Assembly (NCBI GenBank): GCA_963772225.1
Contig: CAVYWD010000010.1
Location: forward strand, 41,724-105,723
DNA length: 64,000 nucleotides
Source of the DNA: an uncultured delta proteobacterium
Lineage (GTDB): Bacteria > Myxococcota > Myxococcia > Myxococcales > UBA5297
Reading direction: 5' to 3'
The notes below the pieces were generated by a model, which saw only the letters and a list, made by a program, of their open reading frames with translations, did no database searches and was not told the origin of the DNA. Below, one piece after another: positions 24,827-33,427 of this stretch (positions are counted from its first letter, which is position 1; each line of letters opens with the position of its first letter). The position numbers and the translations under genes were made by a program.

Positions 24827-24902
24827 TTGACGTGGACGTGGACGTGGACGTGGACGGCGACGGCGACGGCGACGGCGACGCGGCCGTGGGCGGTCGTGTC
24901 GG
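24827..24902. repeat. Left arm of long inverted repeat; contains (GTGGAC)x4 (24832-24855) and (GGCGAC)x4 (24856-24879)
   Basis: The reverse complement of 25267-25337 aligns over ~71 nt. The inner 21 nt (ggccgtgggcggtcgtgtcgg) are identical, and the arms differ by one GGCGAC unit. Confidence 0.85.
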
Positions 24903-24905
24903 AGA

Positions 24906-25244
24906 TCAGCGACAGAGCTTGGTCAGCATGGCGACGATGCGCTCAAGCAGCTCGCAGCCTCGCCGATGTGCGGCAGCGTCGATGACCTTGAGCACGAGCA
25001 GGGCACCCAGGGCGGCGGCGCACTCCATCGCCGAACCGCGGGCGATGGCGTAGGTACGAGCTGCGTCTGCTTGTCCTGTCCGTCCAGCTGCTTCGGCGAT
25101 GTTCAAGGGGATCGAACTGGCTGCTCGCCGAAGCGGGTCCAAGACTGCGGAGTTCCCTCGAGGTGCATCGGATGAAAGCTGCGAAGCCAAGGCAAGAAGC
25201 TCGATGGATCGCTAGTAGACATCCATCTTCTGGAAGCTGAGCAT
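24906..25244 (-). pseudogene. Four-helix-bundle protein (23S rRNA IVS protein / Avd family) with an in-frame amber codon
   Basis: The translation is MLSFQKMDVY*RSIELL...DPLRRAASSIPLNIAEAAGRTG...ARGSAMECAAAL...ERIVAMLTKL. It fits the family pattern (dvw/y-q...L.dQLrRAa.SI.lNIAEG.gR...GS..E). The TAG is at 25212-25214, where Gln is expected. Confidence 0.7.
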
Positions 25245-25266
25245 TCTGATCGCAGAGCAAGCACCG

Positions 25267-25337
25267 CCGACACGACCGCCCACGGCCACGTCGCCGTCGC
25301 CGTCGCCGACCACGCCCACGTCGAGCGCCCACGTCAA
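25267..25337. repeat. Right arm of long inverted repeat flanking the four-helix-bundle gene
   Basis: See the left arm at 24827-24902. Confidence 0.85.
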
Positions 25338-25501
25338 CGTGCGTGCCCGAAGAGGCGGTATGCTCGGCGGCGCTGGCATGCGGAGAAATCGACGCTCTCT
25401 GACCCCTCGCTCTCCAGCAGCGGGGGAGCCTGAGGACACTCTGCCGATGGGTTCTCTGTCCCTCGTGAATCCCGAGGCAAGGTGCCGACGCCGGCTCAGC
25501 T

Positions 25502-26518
25502 TCAACCTTGGCTGCGGCGCCGCGGCTTCGGCTTGAAGGTCGAAGGCGGAACGCCCTCCCAGCGCTTGAACGCTCGCCGAAAATTCGCGAGGTCCGAGTA
25601 GCCGAGAAGGTACGCGACCTCCTGCATGCTGAAGCGCCCAGAGCGCACCTGCTCGACGGCGAGGGTGTGGCGCACGTCCTCGAGCAACGTCCGAAAAGAC
25701 GTCCCCTCGTCGAGCAGGCGCCGGTGGAGCGTGCGCGGCGTCAAGTGGAGCATCCGCGCGGTCATTCGAAGCGAAGGGAATCCGTCCTGCGATTCGAGCA
25801 GGGCGCGGCGCACTCGGGTCGCCACCGCCTCGCCGGCCGTCACCTTCTCGAGCTCGCGCTGGCAGATCAGCGCCGCCTCCCGAAGCGCCTCCGGGTCGGC
25901 GGTCTTCAACGGCGCGTCCAGCGACTCCGAGGGGATTTCGAACCCGGTCCACGAGGCCCCGTACCTCACCTCGCACCCAAACATCTCGCGGGCCAGGGCC
26001 GCGTACTCCGGCGCCTCGAACGAGAAGGCCGCCGCGCTCGCCTGGCTGCCGCCGGCGGCGAGCGCGCTCTCGATGCTGAGCACGATGGCCTCGAGGACGG
26101 GGCGGCGGATGTCTCCGAGAGGGCGGTTCTCCTCGAACTGCAGGCGAACCCCGCGCGGGGCGCCCGTGACCGCGATGGAGATCAAGTTGGTCCGCAGCTG
26201 CGTGTAGCGCGCGATGAGCTCGAGCCCCTCGCGGACGGTGCCGCAGCTCATGGCCGCGAAGCCGACGATGCCGTGGCTGCTCGCCACCAAGCGCCGGCCC
26301 ACGAAGAGCCCGAGCGCCGGCTCGCGCGTCGTCGCGAGCGCGTTTCGGATGAGCTCGTCGAAGCGCTCGTGGTCGAGCGTGAAAGAGGCGGACGCGAGCC
26401 GGGCCTCGGACAGACCGCTCAACGAGAGCCATCGCCCGACGTCTCCCCCCGCCGCGCGAACGCCCTCCGCGACGTACCGCAGGTACGAGACCGGCAGCCT
26501 GAAGCCTTCGTTCTTCAT
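25502..26518 (-). CDS. AraC-family transcriptional regulator (OruR/AlkR-like architecture)
   Basis: 338 aa. The C-terminus carries a double HTH (LHLTPRTLHRRLLDEGTSFRTLL...VAYLLGYSDLANFRRAFKRWEG). It is divergent from the AlkB fusion gene across a 129-bp gap. Confidence 0.85.
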   Translation of the reverse strand: MKNEGFRLPVSYLRYVAEGVRAAGGDVGRWLSLSGLSEARLASASFTLDHERFDELIRNALATTREPALGLFVGRRLVASSHGIVGFAAMSCGTVREGLELIARYTQLRTNLISIAVTGAPRGVRLQFEENRPLGDIRRPVLEAIVLSIESALAAGGSQASAAAFSFEAPEYAALAREMFGCEVRYGASWTGFEIPSESLDAPLKTADPEALREAALICQRELEKVTAGEAVATRVRRALLESQDGFPSLRMTARMLHLTPRTLHRRLLDEGTSFRTLLEDVRHTLAVEQVRSGRFSMQEVAYLLGYSDLANFRRAFKRWEGVPPSTFKPKPRRRSQG

Positions 26519-26647
26519 GCCTCGCGTCCCCGCTTCCGGTTGGCGATGAATGACCCACGATTGTCAATACCAGACCTTACCTGCCACCAGAATCATTGCT
26601 TATCGTTCCTTCTCATCCCGAAGACCGGGGATCGACTCGGAGCGACC

Positions 26648-28879
26648 ATGGCCACTTCCGCTTCTTCGAAGCCGCTGCTCGCCGTTCGCATCAACGATCA
26701 AACCATCCGAGCGCAGCCCCGCGAGACGATCCTGCAGGCCGCCCTGCGGAGCGGCATCGAGCTCCCGAGCAACTGCCGCGTCGGAGGCTGCGGCACCTGC
26801 AAGTGCCGTCTCGTCGAGGGCCAGGTGAAGGAGCTGACCGAGGCCGGCTATCTCCTCACGGCCGAGGAGATCGACCAGGGCATGATCCTCGCCTGCCAGA
26901 GCGTGCCGCGCTCCGACGTCCGGATTCAGGTCGACCTTGGCGTGAGCGCTTCGCGGCGCAGCGTGCGCGGCCGCGTCGTGGCGCAGGAGAAGGTGACCCA
27001 TGACATCGCTCGGCTGACGGTCGCGTTGGAGGAGCGCCTGCCCTACCGAGCGGGCCAGCATGCGGAAGTGGAGATCGACGGTCTGGCTGGGGTGGTGCGG
27101 AGCTACTCCTTCGCCACTCCTCCGAGCGACGACGGGCGGGTTGTCTTCTTCGTGCGCGAGGTGCCCAGGGGCCAGCTGTCGACGATGGTCAACGACGAGG
27201 ACCTCGTGGGGCGGGGGGTCCAGGTCGACGGCCCGTCGGGCGACTTCTGGCTGAGGCCCGGCGACGCGCCGCTGCTCTTCGCCGCCGGCGGGAGCGGCCT
27301 CGCGCCCATTCTCGCCATCCTGAAGGAGGCGCTCGCGGCCGGCTCCTCTCGCTCGGTGACGCTGCTCTTGGGAGCGCGGGAGGAGAAGGACCTCTTCGCC
27401 CTCGACGAGATCGCCGCCTTCGCCCGCGCGTGGCGCGGCAGCTTTCGCTTCGTGCCCGTGCTCTCGGCCGCCGGTCCGGGAGGGACGTGGAGCGGCGAGC
27501 GCGGCCTCGCGGCCGAGAAGCTTCCGGCGCTCCTCGAGCCCGGCGCGCACGCCTACGTCTGCGGCCCGCCGGCGATGATCGACGGCGCCCTCGCGGCCCT
27601 GAAGGCGCAAGGCGTCCCGCAGGGCCGCGTCCACGTCGACCTCTTCGCGGCGCAGGGGGAGGCGACCGGAGCGCTCGGCGCGGCTGACCGCCCCGACCCC
27701 GAGGGAGCTCGGTACGCCGGCGCGCTTCACTACTTGAAGTACTTCTTGTTTCACGCCATCGGGCTCTACTCGGTGGCCGCGATCGCCCTCGGCGGCTCCA
27801 GGGTCGCCGAGGGGACGTTCGGGCTGCTCGTGATCTACCTGCTGGGAGACGCTCTGTGCGGCGAAGACACCTCGTCGCCCCGGTTCAAGCACCCGTGGGT
27901 GCTCACCGCGCAGCTCTGGCTGGCGCTCCCACTCCTCGGGCTGATTGTCTTCATGACGGTGTGGAGCGTCTGCCCGGGCGATCCGCTCGGCTTCGGAGCG
28001 TTCCTGACGCGGGCCATCGGGCGCGACGTCTTCGCCTCTCGGGCCGCCAGCTCGCTCGGGAACCAGGTGGCGAGGTGGCTGGCCACCGGGCTCTTGATCG
28101 GGATGATCGGGACCATCACCGCCCACGAGCTCACGCACCGCACCTGGGACAAGGTCTCGATGCTCATCGGGCGCTGGCTCCTGGCCTTCAGCTTCGACAC
28201 GGCCTTCGCCATCGAGCACGTCTACGGCCATCACCGCTACGTCGGGACGACAGAGGATCCGGCGACCGCGCCCCGAGGTCGCAGCGTCTACGCCCACATC
28301 GTCTCCTCGACGATCCGGGGAAATGTCAGCGCCTGGCGCATCGAGGCCGAGCGGCTCAGGAAGAAGCGCCAGGCGGTGCTCTCCTGGCACAACGCCTACC
28401 TTCGAGGACAGCTGATGAGCGCCGCGCTCCTGGCCGCGGCCTTTGCGATGGGGGGGTGGAGGGCGGCGGCCTTCTTCGCGGCGTGTGCGCTCTGGGGCAA
28501 GGCGCTGCTGGAGATCGTGAACTACATGGAGCACTACGGCATGGTGCGAGACCCGGCGAAGCCGGTGCAGCCGCGCCACTCCTGGAACACCAACCAGCGC
28601 GTCAGCTCGTGGACGATGTTCAACCTGACTCGCCACTCGCACCATCACGCGCAGGGCGAGGTGCCCTACCAGGACCTGAAGCCATATCCGGCCGCGCCGA
28701 TGATGCTCAACGGGTACCTGGCCACCATCGCGCTCGCGCTCATCCCGCCGCTCTGGCACGCGCTGATGACGCCCAAGGTGCTCGCCTGGGACCGCGACTT
28801 CGCGAGCGACGAAGAGCGGGCGCTGGCGGCCCGCGCGAACGCCCGGAGCGGGATCCGCGCCCTGCAGGCGCACGCGTAA
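26648..28879 (+). CDS. alkB: Fusion of a 2Fe-2S ferredoxin, an FNR-type ferredoxin reductase and an AlkB-type membrane alkane 1-monooxygenase
   Basis: 743 aa. The ferredoxin part has CRVGGCGTCKC...ACQS. The reductase part has RSYSFA, GGSGLAPI and YVCGPPAM. The AlkB part has TM helices and His boxes HELTHR, EHVYGHHRYV, NYMEHYG and LTRHSHHHA. Confidence 0.9.
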   Translation: MATSASSKPLLAVRINDQTIRAQPRETILQAALRSGIELPSNCRVGGCGTCKCRLVEGQVKELTEAGYLLTAEEIDQGMILACQSVPRSDVRIQVDLGVSASRRSVRGRVVAQEKVTHDIARLTVALEERLPYRAGQHAEVEIDGLAGVVRSYSFATPPSDDGRVVFFVREVPRGQLSTMVNDEDLVGRGVQVDGPSGDFWLRPGDAPLLFAAGGSGLAPILAILKEALAAGSSRSVTLLLGAREEKDLFALDEIAAFARAWRGSFRFVPVLSAAGPGGTWSGERGLAAEKLPALLEPGAHAYVCGPPAMIDGALAALKAQGVPQGRVHVDLFAAQGEATGALGAADRPDPEGARYAGALHYLKYFLFHAIGLYSVAAIALGGSRVAEGTFGLLVIYLLGDALCGEDTSSPRFKHPWVLTAQLWLALPLLGLIVFMTVWSVCPGDPLGFGAFLTRAIGRDVFASRAASSLGNQVARWLATGLLIGMIGTITAHELTHRTWDKVSMLIGRWLLAFSFDTAFAIEHVYGHHRYVGTTEDPATAPRGRSVYAHIVSSTIRGNVSAWRIEAERLRKKRQAVLSWHNAYLRGQLMSAALLAAAFAMGGWRAAAFFAACALWGKALLEIVNYMEHYGMVRDPAKPVQPRHSWNTNQRVSSWTMFNLTRHSHHHAQGEVPYQDLKPYPAAPMMLNGYLATIALALIPPLWHALMTPKVLAWDRDFASDEERALAARANARSGIRALQAHA

Positions 28880-29601
28880 GCGACCGCGGGTGGCGGCGCC
28901 GAAGCCGCGCTCGACCGCGGGGCGACGTGCATCATCCAGGCCTGGGACAGCTCCCAGGCGAACCGCGCGCGAAGCGAGCTCGCGCCTCCATCACCACGAC
29001 TTACCCCTGCCACGAGGACCTTTCCGATGGGGAGCCACGTCGCGGTGTGATGGACCTCGCCTCGGGGGCGATCTCGAGCCTCGAGCGGAATTTCATGAGC
29101 CTCGACCTGCGCGTCGGGCTCGGCACGGACAGCATCCAGAGTTCGTTCCAGCAACACGGCGTAAAGGCTCGCCGTGTTCACGGCCGGCGCGGCGACCGTG
29201 GGCGCGGCCTTCTCGCTCGCGAATGCGGTGGGCCGGCTCGGGCAGTCGATCGCGGAGGAGGCCCAGGCGGAACGAAACACTTCAGAGGCCCGGCGCTCAC
29301 TCGCTGTCTCCGCCATTTACCAGTTTGTATCCTTTGACCCCTGGGACCGGCTGGGCCCCAGGTGCGGCACGAGGAGGTTCGCGCCCTTCTGGTTGCCGAG
29401 CCGGTACCTCAGCGCTGCGCGATGGCTCTGCCCTCGGGAAAGCCCAGACGCACGGAAACCGCTTGTCTTCGGGGCTGAAGTCACGAGGCGGGCCGCACCT
29501 TGCGCGCGCGCTCCGCGGCCCGGCACCGTGGCCAAGCTGCTGAGCCTCTTGGAGGCGTGAGGCCTGGGGCCGGGAGCGCACCTCCCGGCGTACGCCGCAC
29601 G

Positions 29602-29988
29602 CTAGGACAAAGCCGGGACCGGGGACTTGCTCTCGAACCACTGGAGCACGTCCTGCCCCGCTGTCGTCTCGTCGACCTCGAAGTCGACGGGGCCCTGCCT
29701 CCCGCCGTGCCGGATGTGCCCGGCATCCTTCGAGAACGACAAGAAGTACGTCACGCCCTTCAGGTCGAACCAGCAAGAGCCCAGGTGGTGACCTTCGCGA
29801 ATGCCCGGCTTGAGGGTGCCGGGCTCGTGGTAGGTCGCCACCGCGCCGGTCAGGGTGAGCAAGACGTGCTCGAACTCCGGCGCCTGATTCTTCGCCTTCC
29901 CGAGGGCCGTCCTGGCGACCTCGCGCAGCACGTCCATCTCAAGCACCGTCGGCATCGTCATCGCGGACCTCTTCTGGTCGAGGGACAA
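29602..29988 (-). CDS. Hypothetical cytoplasmic protein
   Basis: 128-aa ORF with protein-like composition and high third-position GC. I recognised no family. The start may be an internal Met (MTMPTV). Confidence 0.5.
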   Translation of the reverse strand: MSLDQKRSAMTMPTVLEMDVLREVARTALGKAKNQAPEFEHVLLTLTGAVATYHEPGTLKPGIREGHHLGSCWFDLKGVTYFLSFSKDAGHIRHGGRQGPVDFEVDETTAGQDVLQWFESKSPVPALS

Positions 29989-30176
29989 GCGCGATCTTCG
30001 CCGGGCGAGCCATCGCGCCGTCGCGCGAGGGTAGCACTCCCGGGCGGCGAGGGAGTCGCTGCTTGATCTTCAGCGTCCCGTCGAGGCGAATCGGACCGTT
30101 CTCGCCCAGGATCGCCCCGGAGAACGTGACCGTCCCGAAGAGGGGATCGACCACGACGCCAGTCCAGAACCCAGTC

Positions 30177-30218
30177 CCATTCGCTCGGCCGGCCCGTGCG
30201 CTCCGGCCGAGCGAATGG
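30177..30218 (-). terminator. Perfect 16-bp stem hairpin 14 nt downstream of the phosphoesterase stop
   Basis: The hairpin is ccattcgctcggccgg - cccgtgcgct - ccggccgagcgaatgg. It has no U-tract, so its role as an intrinsic terminator is tentative. Confidence 0.5.
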
Positions 30219-30231
30219 AAATGCTCAGTCG

Positions 30232-33123
30232 TCAGCGCGGGCCGTCTTCTTCTTTCGGCGCTTCGGCGCGCGCCCTCGGGTAGGGCCTGCCGCCCATCAG
30301 GCCTTCCCAGAGGATCTTGTTGTAGACGGCCGAGTCCAGCCGGTCCTCCGCCGAGAAATCCATGCCGCGGGTCTTCTCGGCCCAGTAGGCCGCGCCGTGC
30401 GTCGGCGCGAGCTTCGCCGCCGCGGTCGCCTTCGGCAGCGGGAGCTTTGTGCTCGAGAGCAGCGGCGACGGCGTGGCCTTGAAGGTCCACGCCTTCTTGC
30501 GCACCTCGAAGGCCTCGGTCATCGGCTCGGCGGCGGCGTCGAAGAGCCCCAGGTGGTCGAGCCCGAGCACGTCGGTGATGGTCCGCAGGACGTTGACGGT
30601 GGTGTAGTGGTGGCTCACCACCGCGCCCTGCTTCACGTGAGGCCCGACGACGAAGGCGACGCTCCGGTGGGCGTCGACGTGGTCGGGGCCGTCCTGGGCG
30701 TCGTCCTCGAAGACGAAGACGACCGTGTCCTTGGCGTAGGGGCTTTGCGCCACCGCCTCCAGGAGGCGGCCCACCGCGTAGTCGTTGTCGGCGACCTGGA
30801 GCTCCGGCGTGGCGACGCCGTCGATGGCCGAGCCGTAGCTGCCGGTGTGGTCATTCATGAAGCGAACCAGGCTCAGGCTCGGCAGGTTTCCATTCTTCAC
30901 GAATTCGGCGAATTCGCTCTCCCACTCCTGCTCCCGGTAGAAATCGGGGTAGGCGTCGTCGAAGCCGCGGAAATAGGGGTCGGTCAGGGCGACCAGGTCC
31001 GGGTTGGCGACGTAAGCCTGGAAAGGATCGGCGCTGGGCCCCGATTTCTTGAATGGCGGCCTTTGCAGCGGAATGGCCAGGCTCGCGTAGGGCGTTCCAC
31101 CCAGCCGGTAGCGCGTCAAGTCGACGAGGAACCCGTAGTTGCGGACGGTGAGGCCCTTGCGAAGCGCCGCATTCCACAGATACCCCTGCTGGACCTCGCC
31201 CGAAGGCCCGTCCGGCGCCGCCACGTCGCCCGTCCCGGGCAGCGTGTCCGGGTCGAGCGCGGCCGTCAGCGGATTGGCCTGAACCCGCGCCGCGCCCGTG
31301 AGGCCGACGTTCACGTTCCGATTCGTCCCCTCCCAGTCGTAGGAGCCGCCGCGCCCCTTGTTGCAAGCCGGACCGCCCAGGGGGCTGCAGGCGTAATTGA
31401 CCGGCAGCATCTTGGCGCCCGCATCCGACTCGCGCGCCGACGTGCTCCAGGGCCAGCCGTTTCCGCTGACCTCGCCGGAGTCGTAGAAGTTGTCCAGCGT
31501 CACGAAGCCCGCGGCCGCGGCATGCAGGTTCGGGGTGGTCGCGGCCGGGAACTCCGCCAGCTCCTTGTCGCCGTTGCCCTTGCCGAGGTCGCCGAGGATC
31601 TGGTCGTAGGCCCGGTTCTCCTTGACGATGTAGATGACGTGCTTGATGGACCCGCGGAGCGCCTCCATCACCTGGCGGTCACGGCCGCTCGGCTCGTATC
31701 CGACTCGGTTGTTTTGGGCGACCTGCCAGGTCAATCGCTCGAGCTCGCGCGACGCGGGGACCGGAACCGTCTGCAGCCCGCCTTTGTTCAAGTTCTCCAC
31801 GTACTGATTGGCGTCGAACTTCACGGGCGTGTCCTTTACCGGGCACGGGTAATATTGGTAGCCCAGGCAATTGCCCGCATTGGGGCCCGGCACGCTCTTG
31901 GTGTTGACGACGTAGAGCATGCGGCCGAGGGCCCCGACGGCGACGTCCGACGGATACCAGGCGGTCGGCACGAGCCCGACCACCCGGGGCGCGCCCTCGT
32001 CCAGAGCGATGATTGCCACCGAGTTTGTTCCGCGGTTCGTCACATACAGCTGCTTCTCGTCCGGCGAGAGCGCCAGGGCGTTGGGCGAGGCGCCCTTGTA
32101 GCGAGGCAAGCCCTTCGCGTCGCAGTCGGCCTCGGGGCCCACCGTGGCGACCTGGCGGGTCACCTTTCGGGTCGCGGTGTCGATGATGGAGACGACGTCC
32201 GCGTTGTCGGAGGTCGCGAAGAGCCGGCGGTGCGCGCGGTCGAGCAGGAGTCGATTGGGGTTGCCTGCGACCCGGATGCGCGCGGCCACCGCGGGCGCGG
32301 CCCCGGAGAGGTCGACCTCCACGATCTCGCGGTCGCGCTCGCTCGAGACGTAGGCGGTGGCGCTGCCGGCGATGGCGACCGAATTCGGGTATTCGCCGCC
32401 CGGAGTGCCCGCGGCCCCGCCGCTCTTTCCGGGGCGCAGGTCGAGCTCGGCCACCTTGCCGGTGGAGAGGTCGACGACCGAGATGGAGTCGTGGTAGCGG
32501 TTGGCCACGACGGCGCGCTTGCCGTCGGCCGTCACGGCGAGGCCCGAGGCGAGCGGCCCCTGAGACAAGCCATTCCCGGCGCCGTGCCCGAGCGCGATGG
32601 GCGCGCCGGCCTCGGCAAAGACCCCCTTCGCCGAGGCGAAGACGTGGAGGTTGTCGTCGCCGCCTCCCGCGACATAGAAGCGCGAGTCGTCGGGCCCGAA
32701 GGCGATGCCGACGTAGGTGTCGGGCACCTGCAACACCTGCTTCTGGACCGGCTCCTCGCGGCTGACGTCGAACACGAAGACGTACTCATTCGACGCGCCG
32801 ACGGCGATGGGAAGAGTGCTCGGCTTCGAAACCGAGCCGGCCGAGGCGTCGTAATTGTTGTTGTAGCCGCTGGTGAGGACGAGCAGCGTCTTTCGGTCGG
32901 GGCTCAGCGCGAGAGAAATGGGCTGGCCGGCCACGAACTCCGGAAAATCGTGGAGCCCGGGGTTGAGCTGCCGGTAGGTCGACCCCGGCGCGGCCCTCGG
33001 CGTCATCGATTGACCGGTGGGAAGAAGGATGGGGACGAGCTCCGGCGGCTGAGCCGCGAGCAACGACAAGAGGGGCAAGGCGACGGCATTTGGAATCATC
33101 GAAGGGATCTCCCGTAACGACAT
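30232..33123 (-). CDS. Secreted beta-propeller (YVTN/YncE-like) fused to a phospholipase C / acid-phosphatase (phosphoesterase) domain
   Basis: 963 aa. The N-terminal half has a signal peptide and propeller repeats (YVAGGGDDNLHVF, LYVTNRGTNSVAII). The C-terminal half has IKHVIYIVKENRAYDQILG and FVFEDDAQDGPDHVDAHRS, typical of PF04185-type phosphoesterases. Confidence 0.85.
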   Translation of the reverse strand: MSLREIPSMIPNAVALPLLSLLAAQPPELVPILLPTGQSMTPRAAPGSTYRQLNPGLHDFPEFVAGQPISLALSPDRKTLLVLTSGYNNNYDASAGSVSKPSTLPIAVGASNEYVFVFDVSREEPVQKQVLQVPDTYVGIAFGPDDSRFYVAGGGDDNLHVFASAKGVFAEAGAPIALGHGAGNGLSQGPLASGLAVTADGKRAVVANRYHDSISVVDLSTGKVAELDLRPGKSGGAAGTPGGEYPNSVAIAGSATAYVSSERDREIVEVDLSGAAPAVAARIRVAGNPNRLLLDRAHRRLFATSDNADVVSIIDTATRKVTRQVATVGPEADCDAKGLPRYKGASPNALALSPDEKQLYVTNRGTNSVAIIALDEGAPRVVGLVPTAWYPSDVAVGALGRMLYVVNTKSVPGPNAGNCLGYQYYPCPVKDTPVKFDANQYVENLNKGGLQTVPVPASRELERLTWQVAQNNRVGYEPSGRDRQVMEALRGSIKHVIYIVKENRAYDQILGDLGKGNGDKELAEFPAATTPNLHAAAAGFVTLDNFYDSGEVSGNGWPWSTSARESDAGAKMLPVNYACSPLGGPACNKGRGGSYDWEGTNRNVNVGLTGAARVQANPLTAALDPDTLPGTGDVAAPDGPSGEVQQGYLWNAALRKGLTVRNYGFLVDLTRYRLGGTPYASLAIPLQRPPFKKSGPSADPFQAYVANPDLVALTDPYFRGFDDAYPDFYREQEWESEFAEFVKNGNLPSLSLVRFMNDHTGSYGSAIDGVATPELQVADNDYAVGRLLEAVAQSPYAKDTVVFVFEDDAQDGPDHVDAHRSVAFVVGPHVKQGAVVSHHYTTVNVLRTITDVLGLDHLGLFDAAAEPMTEAFEVRKKAWTFKATPSPLLSSTKLPLPKATAAAKLAPTHGAAYWAEKTRGMDFSAEDRLDSAVYNKILWEGLMGGRPYPRARAEAPKEEDGPR

Positions 33124-33427
33124 TCGCAGCGGCGACGCGCCATCCCAGGCCTCTGCCAGCTTACAAGGCGCACAAACAGGCGAAGGGCTCGGGGTCTCGG
33201 CCCATCATTGACGCCTGCGCGGGTGTCCAGAGCGTGACCGGCAAGGCGCATCGGCGTGAACCGCCCGAATTCGACGAGGCGCGGAGCAGCGGGGCTCAGA
33301 TGCTGCTGGCCTGCCGACCGATTTCTCGCGCTTGTCACCAGGGCTTCGCGAAAACGGTCCCGCCAGCGCGCAACCATCGCCGCTCTGAATTGGAAGCGCC
33401 CTCAACCGGAGCAGAGGAGCTCGGGAA

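Noticed and set aside
24832-24879. Possible CRISPR-like or other regularly spaced repeat array.
   Set aside because: The units are contiguous 6-mers with no spacers. No CRISPR-type repeat/spacer periodicity or cas genes occur anywhere in the window.
24832-25053. ORF encoding MDVDVDVDGDGDGDGD...
   Set aside because: It is simply the translation of the (GTGGAC)4(GGCGAC)4 hexamer tandem in the inverted-repeat arm, followed by antisense of the four-helix-bundle gene.
28666-29316. 216-aa minus-strand ORF downstream of the AlkB fusion gene.
   Set aside because: Its 3' part is antisense to alkB, and its composition is not protein-like. The plus strand shows the better third-position GC signal in this gap.
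29939-30490. 183-aa minus-strand ORF whose C-terminal part (GFWTGVVVDPLFGTVTFSGAILGENGPIRLDGTLKIKQ) looks protein-like.
   Set aside because: The N-terminal part is antisense to the phosphoesterase gene. The protein-like part has no in-frame ATG, GTG or TTG with an RBS after the terminator hairpin, and I recognised no family. It may be a gene fragment, but I cannot support it.
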